This document shows, piece after piece, positions 58,344-64,000 of a stretch of 64,000 nucleotides of DNA. Under the pieces are notes generated by a model. That model did no database searches, was not told the DNA's origin, and was given only the letters and a program-made list of their open reading frames with translations. A program made the translations under genes and the position numbers. The stretch covers positions 1 through 64,000 of the forward strand of contig NIVC01000022.1 of the NCBI GenBank assembly GCA_002269645.1. Direction: 5' to 3'. Source of the stretch: Macrostomum lignano (taxonomy: Eukaryota). Every line of letters starts with the position of its first letter. Position 1 is the first letter of the stretch.

Positions 58344-61004
58344 ATGTCATCAGACGGCCAGGCGCAGCAGCAGCGGGGCCGCCAGATCAGTCCAGATGAA
58401 GTTGACGACTTTGATGAGCTACTAGCTGAGACTTTAGACGACTTTGAGAATCCGAACCTGCTGACTGGGGCTATCACTAGGGACCAGCAGCAGGTATGAG
58501 GTTATCACCACCCTGTGATCCTCAGACTGGGCCATCACCACCCCTGAATCCTCAGACTGGGCCATCACCACCCCTGAATCCTCAGACTGGGCCATCACCA
58601 CCCCTGAATCCTCAGACTGTGCCATCACCACCCCTGAATCCTCAGACTGAGCCATCACCACACCTGAATCCTCAGACTGGGCCATCACCACCCCTGAATC
58701 CTCAGACTGTGCCATCACCACCACTGAATCCTCAGACTGGGCCATCACCACCCCTGAATCCTCAGACTGGGCCATCACCACCCTGTGATCCTCAGCCTGT
58801 GCCATCACCACCCCTGAATCCTCAGACTGTGCCATCACCACCCCTGAATCCTCAGACTGGGCCATCACCACCCTGTGATCCTCAGACTGGGCCATCACCA
58901 CCACAATCGTCAGACTGTGCCATCACCATCCCTGAATCCTCAGACTGGGCCATCACCACCCCTGAATCCTCAGACTGGGCCATCACCACCCCTGAATCCT
59001 CAGACTGGGCCATCACCACCCCTGAATACTCAGACTGGGCCATCACCACCCTGTGATCCTCAGCCTGTGCCATCACCACCCCTGAATCCTCAGACTGTGC
59101 CATCACCACCACTGAATCCCCAGACTGTGCCATCACCACCCCTGAATCCTCAGACTGGGCCATCACCACCACAATCGTCAGACTGTGCCATCACCATCCC
59201 TGAATCCTCAGACTGGGCCATTACCACCCTGTGATCCTCAGACTGTGCCATCACCACCACAATTCTCAAACTGTGCCATCACCATCCCTGAATCCTCAGA
59301 CTGTGCCATCACCATCCCCGAATCCTCAGACTGGGCCATCACCACCCTGTGATCCTCAGACTGTGCCATCACCATCCCTGAATCCTCAGACTGTGCCATC
59401 ACCACCCCTGAATCCTCAGACTGTGCCATCACCACCACTGAATCCTCAGACTGTGCCATCACCACCCCTGAATCCTCAGACTGTGCCATCACCACCCCTG
59501 AATCCTCAGACTGTGCCATCACCACCCCTGAATCCTCAGACTGTGCCCCATCCTATTCATTCCCTCAATCGCAGAAGGGCGGCTCGGCAGAGCAGCAGCA
59601 GGCGGGGGCGGCGGCGAGCTCCGAGTCTTCGGCCGGGCTGCGCGAGAACGCCTCGACTGCGGACCTGCTGAAGCCGCTGGCCGGTCTGAGTCTGGACGGG
59701 CTGAGACGCGGCGCCGGCGAAGGCTCCACAGGTGACGACGAAGGCGAAGAGAATGTCGACTTCGACCAGCTGATGAGCCGGCTGGAGAGCGAGTTCGGCA
59801 GCCTGGACAAAGCGGTCAAGGACCTGCTGGAGCCATCTGAGGAGGACGAGAACGATCCCGAGGTAGTATTGCACTGCACTGTAGTATCCCAAAATGTACC
59901 CTTGACCTGATATTTATTCTCAGCATTGATGCCAATCCCCAGTACGAGTATTTATCCCAATCCCAGTATTTATCCCAATCCCAGTATTTATCCCAACCCC
60001 AGTATTTATCCCAATCCCAATATTTATCCCAATCCCAGTATTTATCCCAATCCCAGTATTTATCCCAATCCCAGTATTTATCCCAATCCCAGTATTTATC
60101 CCAATCCCAGTATTTATCCCAATCCCAGTATTTATCCCAACCCCAGTATTTATCCCAATCCCAATATTTATCCCAATCCCAGTATTTATCCCAATCCCAG
60201 TATTTATCCCAATCCCAGTATTTATCCCAATCCCAGTATTTATCCCAATCCCAATATTTATCCCAATCCCAGTATTTATCCCAATCCCAGTATTTATCCC
60301 AATCCCAGTATTATCTCAATCCTAGCATTTATCCCAGTGTAATTAACCTGACTCAACTTACTATTTCTTAATTCCCGAAGGTGCGCACCCTAAAGGAGCA
60401 GCTGCGCAGTTTGACCTCCAAAGTTGACTCGGCCGACCCAGCGGAGCTTGGCGAAGCTTTGGCCAGCACCCTGCGCTGCCTGGACGAGTCCGTGGCCGCG
60501 CATAACCGGCACGCTGACGCCGTCCACCTGCCGAAGCCCGGCGGTGACCAGCGAGCCGCTGCCGGAGCCGCCGCAGCCGGAACTGCCGCTTCCGGAGCCT
60601 CAGCCGGGGCCGCTGCAGGTGAAGCCACAGGCAGTGGGCTTGGCGCGGCCGGAGCCAGCCAGGAGATGCTGATGCCCTTCATGGAGAACATGATGCACAC
60701 CCTGCTGTCCAAAGAGGTCATCTATCCGTCCTTGAAGGCTATCAGAGACGGCTACCCGGGCTGGCTGGAGGCCAACGGGCCGGGGCTGAGCTCTGCCGAG
60801 CTGGAGACCAACAAGCAGCGGGCAGCCATTGTCGGCCAGGTGTGCCAGCAGTACGAATCGCTGGGCGACGCCAAGCCTTCGGAGGCTGAATTCGACCGAA
60901 TTCTTCGCCTAGTGCAGCGCATGCAGGAGCTCGGCCCGCCGCCTGAGGAGCTGCTTGGCGACAAAGACTTGCCGAGCGTCATGCCGCAGTGTCCGCAGAT
61001 GTGA
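58344..61004 (+). CDS. PEX19: Peroxisomal biogenesis factor 19; exons approx. 58344-58493, 59575-59861, 60381-61004
   Basis: N-terminal DDFDELLAETLDDF, MENMMHTLLSKEVIYPSLKAIRDGYPGWLE, MQELGPPPEEL and C-terminal CaaX box CPQM. Confidence 0.93.
58500..59548. repeat. 30-bp intronic minisatellite in PEX19
   Basis: GCCATCACCACCCCTGAATCCTCAGACTGG tandem copies. Confidence 0.95.
59930..60335. repeat. 18-bp intronic minisatellite in PEX19
   Basis: ATCCCAGTATTTATCCCA tandem copies. Confidence 0.95.
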
Positions 61005-61114
61005 CAGCCTGCTTGAGGGGGAGCTGTGGGATTAAAGATACAACTCAGTCATAATAGTGCAAATGAGAATGCCAGCACAAATATGCATCAGATCCAGAGA
61101 CTGTAGACATGGTC

Positions 61115-61785
61115 TCCAGCTCATGATGGATAATTCCCCAATCGAGTCTCCAGCTCATGATTGATAATTCCCCAACCGAGTCTCCAGCTCATGATGGATA
61201 ATTCCCCAATCGAGTCTCCAGCTCATTATGGATAATTCCCCAACCGAGTCTCCAGCTCATTATGGATAATTCCCCAACCGAGTCTCCAGCTCATTATGGA
61301 TGATTCCCCAACCGAGTCTCGAGCTCATTATGGATAATTCTCCAATCGAGTCTCCAGCTCATGATGGATAATTCCCCAACCGAGTCTCCAGCTCATTATG
61401 GATAATTCCCCAACCGAGTCTCCAGCTCATTATGGATGATTCCCCAACCGAGTCTCGAGCTCATTATGGATAATTCTCCAATCGAGTCTCCAGCTCATTA
61501 TGGATAATTCCCCAACCGAGTCTCCAGCTCATTATGGATGATTCCCCAACCGAGTCTCGAGCTCATTATGGATGATTCCCCAACCGAGTCTTGAGCTCAT
61601 TATGGATAATTCCCCAACCGAGTCTCCAGCTCATTATGGATAATTCTCCAATCGAGTCTCCAGCTCATGATGGATAATTCCCCAGTCGAGTCTCCAGCTC
61701 ATGATGGATAATTCCCCAACCGAGTCTCCAGCTCATGATCGATAATTCCCCAATCGAGTATCTAGTCCATGATTTATAATTCCCA
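61115..61785. repeat. 34-bp minisatellite
   Basis: CCGAGTCTCCAGCTCATTATGGATAATTCCCCAA tandem copies. Confidence 0.94.
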
Positions 61786-62429
61786 GAGACATTAAAAAGA
61801 AATTAAGGGATAGGCTGATCAAGTTGCACTCCGCACTGTTTCACCTGTCAATTTGCATTGATTTCCTACTGACACTCGGATTTCCCAGTGCTGTATTGTT
61901 TCTAGATGAACTCTATTGTTTCTATTGCTGAATTGCTTTATTGAACGCAAAGGCGATCTGATTAGAGCGGCAAGAGTTCAGATGGTGCTTAATGGCTTTA
62001 ATGTATGTTAATTGTTCAATTTCAAATTACTATTCTTGACATTATTTTATTGCATACTTGTATTTAGCTTAGCAACAGAACGTCTGTAGCGGGTTTTAGT
62101 CTTATTATTAATATAGCTTGTAGATGCCGCAAAATATGATCCAGCGATAAAAATATTTTAATTGAATTGTTGAAAATGATTCTTTTGAATTCGATTTAAA
62201 CTTTGCTTAAATCGTTGAATGCCTCGCCAGCCAATGACACCTTTCTGTTCAGTGTAATTAGTTAAACTTGCTTGATTCTAAATTATGTAAGCAATGTCCC
62301 ATCATCTGCTTTTTATTTTTTGTCTATCAATTCGTACTTTACAATACTTCTTTTATTTGGTTTTCGTATTTGAGAATCGTTAGTCACTTCCTAGATCGGG
62401 CGTTCTCTACTAGATCAGCTGATAGAGGG

Positions 62430-62800
62430 TAATTCCCTTAGCACACCCCAATCCCAGCAATAGATAATTCCCCGAGCATGCAATGGATAATTCCCCCAGC
62501 ATACCCCAATCCCAGCAATGGATAATTCCCCCATCATACCCCAATCCCAGCAATGGATAATTCCCCCAGCATATCCCAGCAATGGATAATTCCCCCAGCA
62601 TATCCCAGCAATGGATAATTCCCCCAGCATATCCCAGCAATGGATAATTCCCCCAGCATATCCCAGCAATGGATAATTCCCCCAGCATATCCCAGCAATG
62701 GATAATTCCCCCAGCATATCCCAGCAATGGATAATTCCCCCAGCATATCCCAGCAATGGATAATTCCCCCAGCATATCCCAGCAATGGATAATTGCCCCA
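62430..62800. repeat. 29-bp minisatellite
   Basis: GCAATGGATAATTCCCCCAGCATATCCCA tandem copies. Confidence 0.93.
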
Positions 62801-62825
62801 GCGAACGCCCTCCACTGCAGCTCGC

Positions 62826-64000
62826 ATGGGCGAAACTGTCCGAGTGGCCGTCCGCGCCCGTCCGCTGGTGCCTCGCGAGCTGGAGGACGGCTCCCAGGCC
62901 TGCCTGCGCTTCGCCCCTGGCCAGCCGCAGGTGAGCTTAGGCGACAAATCATTCACCTTTGACTACGTGTTCGCGCCGCTGTGCCGGCAGAGCGCCGTGT
63001 ACGATGAGTGCGTCAGCCCGCTGCTGGACGGCGTGTTCAGGGGCATCAACGCCACGGTGCTGGCCTACGGACAGACTGGCAGCGGCAAGACCTACACTAT
63101 GGGCACTTTCTCTGCTGAGATGGGCGACTGCACTGAGGAACAGGTGGGCGACGTGTTTCCTTGCATTCTTGCATTTGTAGGCTAATGTTTTAAAGTTTTT
63201 ATATAAAATTTTCGATGCTGCCAAACATTGACAATGGTTGCTGAAGTTTTAGATAAGCTTGTAGTTTGAGGCTCTAACTTTAGTAATATATATAATGGGC
63301 AGATGTGGAACCGACAGCTCAGCCGCAGCTATTGCGCATCGCATCTGAAGGCTGCGTACGACTGTTCAGTCCAAGGTCCGAGGGGGGAGTGGGGGGTCGA
63401 CGCACGCCCCCTTAATTACCCCCGCTAATGCTGGTAGCCATTTCACAGCTGGGTGAACTGAAGCAATGCAGAGTTAAGTGTCTTGCTTAAGGACACAAAT
63501 TTTTACAAGTGGGTCGAGAATCGAACCCCCGACCTTTCAATATTAGGTTCGACGCTCTAACCACTAGGCTAAAATCTTATTTTGCTTTTCTCTCCTATAG
63601 TTGAAAGTTACCCAGACTGCCAAGCTGTATAATAAAGTACAAATAGAAAATCCCTCTGTTCTAAAAATAACAACTCGGAAATCCCCTGGTATAGTCCTAC
63701 CGCTAAAGTGAACACTCCCGCCGCCAACCGCAGCTCGGCATCATCCCCCGCGTCATCACCGACCTGTTTGACGGCATCGCCCAGCGGCCGCAGTATGAAT
63801 CCCGAGTCAGCGTCTCATTCCTTGAGATCTACAACGAGCTGATCCGGGATTTGCTTAATCCGCACGGCGGGGAACCGCTGGGCATCCGCGAGGAGCCGGG
63901 CCGGGGCATCTACATCCAGGGCCTCACGGAGCAGGAGGTCGTGTCCGCCCAGCAGATCAGCCGCTGTCTGGCTGATGGCGCAGACAGTCGGGTAGTCGGC
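62826..64000 (+). CDS. Kinesin-4 family motor (KIF4/KIF7/KIF21/KIF27-like), N-terminal part; exons 62826-63143 and 63734->64000
   Basis: [37 protein letters not shown] (P-loop), [16 protein letters not shown]. Confidence 0.92.
63285..63572 (-). mobile_element. tRNA-derived CORE-type SINE in the kinesin intron
   Basis: Minus strand has a box A-like TAGCCTAGTGGTTAGAGCG and box B GGTTCGATTC. Then TGTGTCCTTAAGCAAGACACTTAACTCTGCATTGCTTCAGTT...CTGTGAAATGG, which aligns by eye to the MIR/CORE domain. Confidence 0.72.

Noticed and set aside
58434-60342. Repeat-rich ORFs within PEX19
   Set aside because: Intronic 30-bp and 18-bp minisatellites.
63505-63572. Functional tRNA gene
   Set aside because: It has A and B boxes but no convincing acceptor stem, and runs directly into a CORE-like body, so it is a SINE head.

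Overview
Eukaryotic nuclear DNA from an animal-like host (GC-rich exons, GT-AG introns, nearly every large intron filled with its own minisatellite; a Macrostomum-like flatworm is a guess, not a result). Positions 1-11681 are the right part of an AT-rich Polinton/Maverick-type endogenous virus. It encodes a fibre, adenain protease, minor capsid, packaging ATPase, major capsid, HNH nuclease and a PLA2-integrase fusion, and ends in an AGTAGT terminus. No pPolB lies in the window. Three unusual features sit in this element. (1) A 333-nt IC1-like group I self-splicing intron (9281-9613) interrupts the FTG|PG Ca2+-loop of the PLA2-integrase gene. It ends in A rather than the canonical G and lies next to a free-standing HNH gene. 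(2) Ten copies of a 28-bp double-hairpin element (13+15 bp, variable sequence, fixed structure, mostly AT-flanked) occur at gene ends, in frame within ORFs and inside the intron. (3) A 267-bp terminal fold-back has a cytosine-free loop. The rest of the window holds host genes: RSPH1-like, penta-EF-hand, NADPH oxidase, TSP1/Ig membrane protein, lifeguard/TMBIM, MDH2, ATP synthase subunit c, NAA35, PEX19 and a kinesin-4. It also holds MITEs, a CORE-type SINE and an AT-rich island rich in TAGGCCTA. All calls are by manual motif recognition and hand pairing; no database searches were run.
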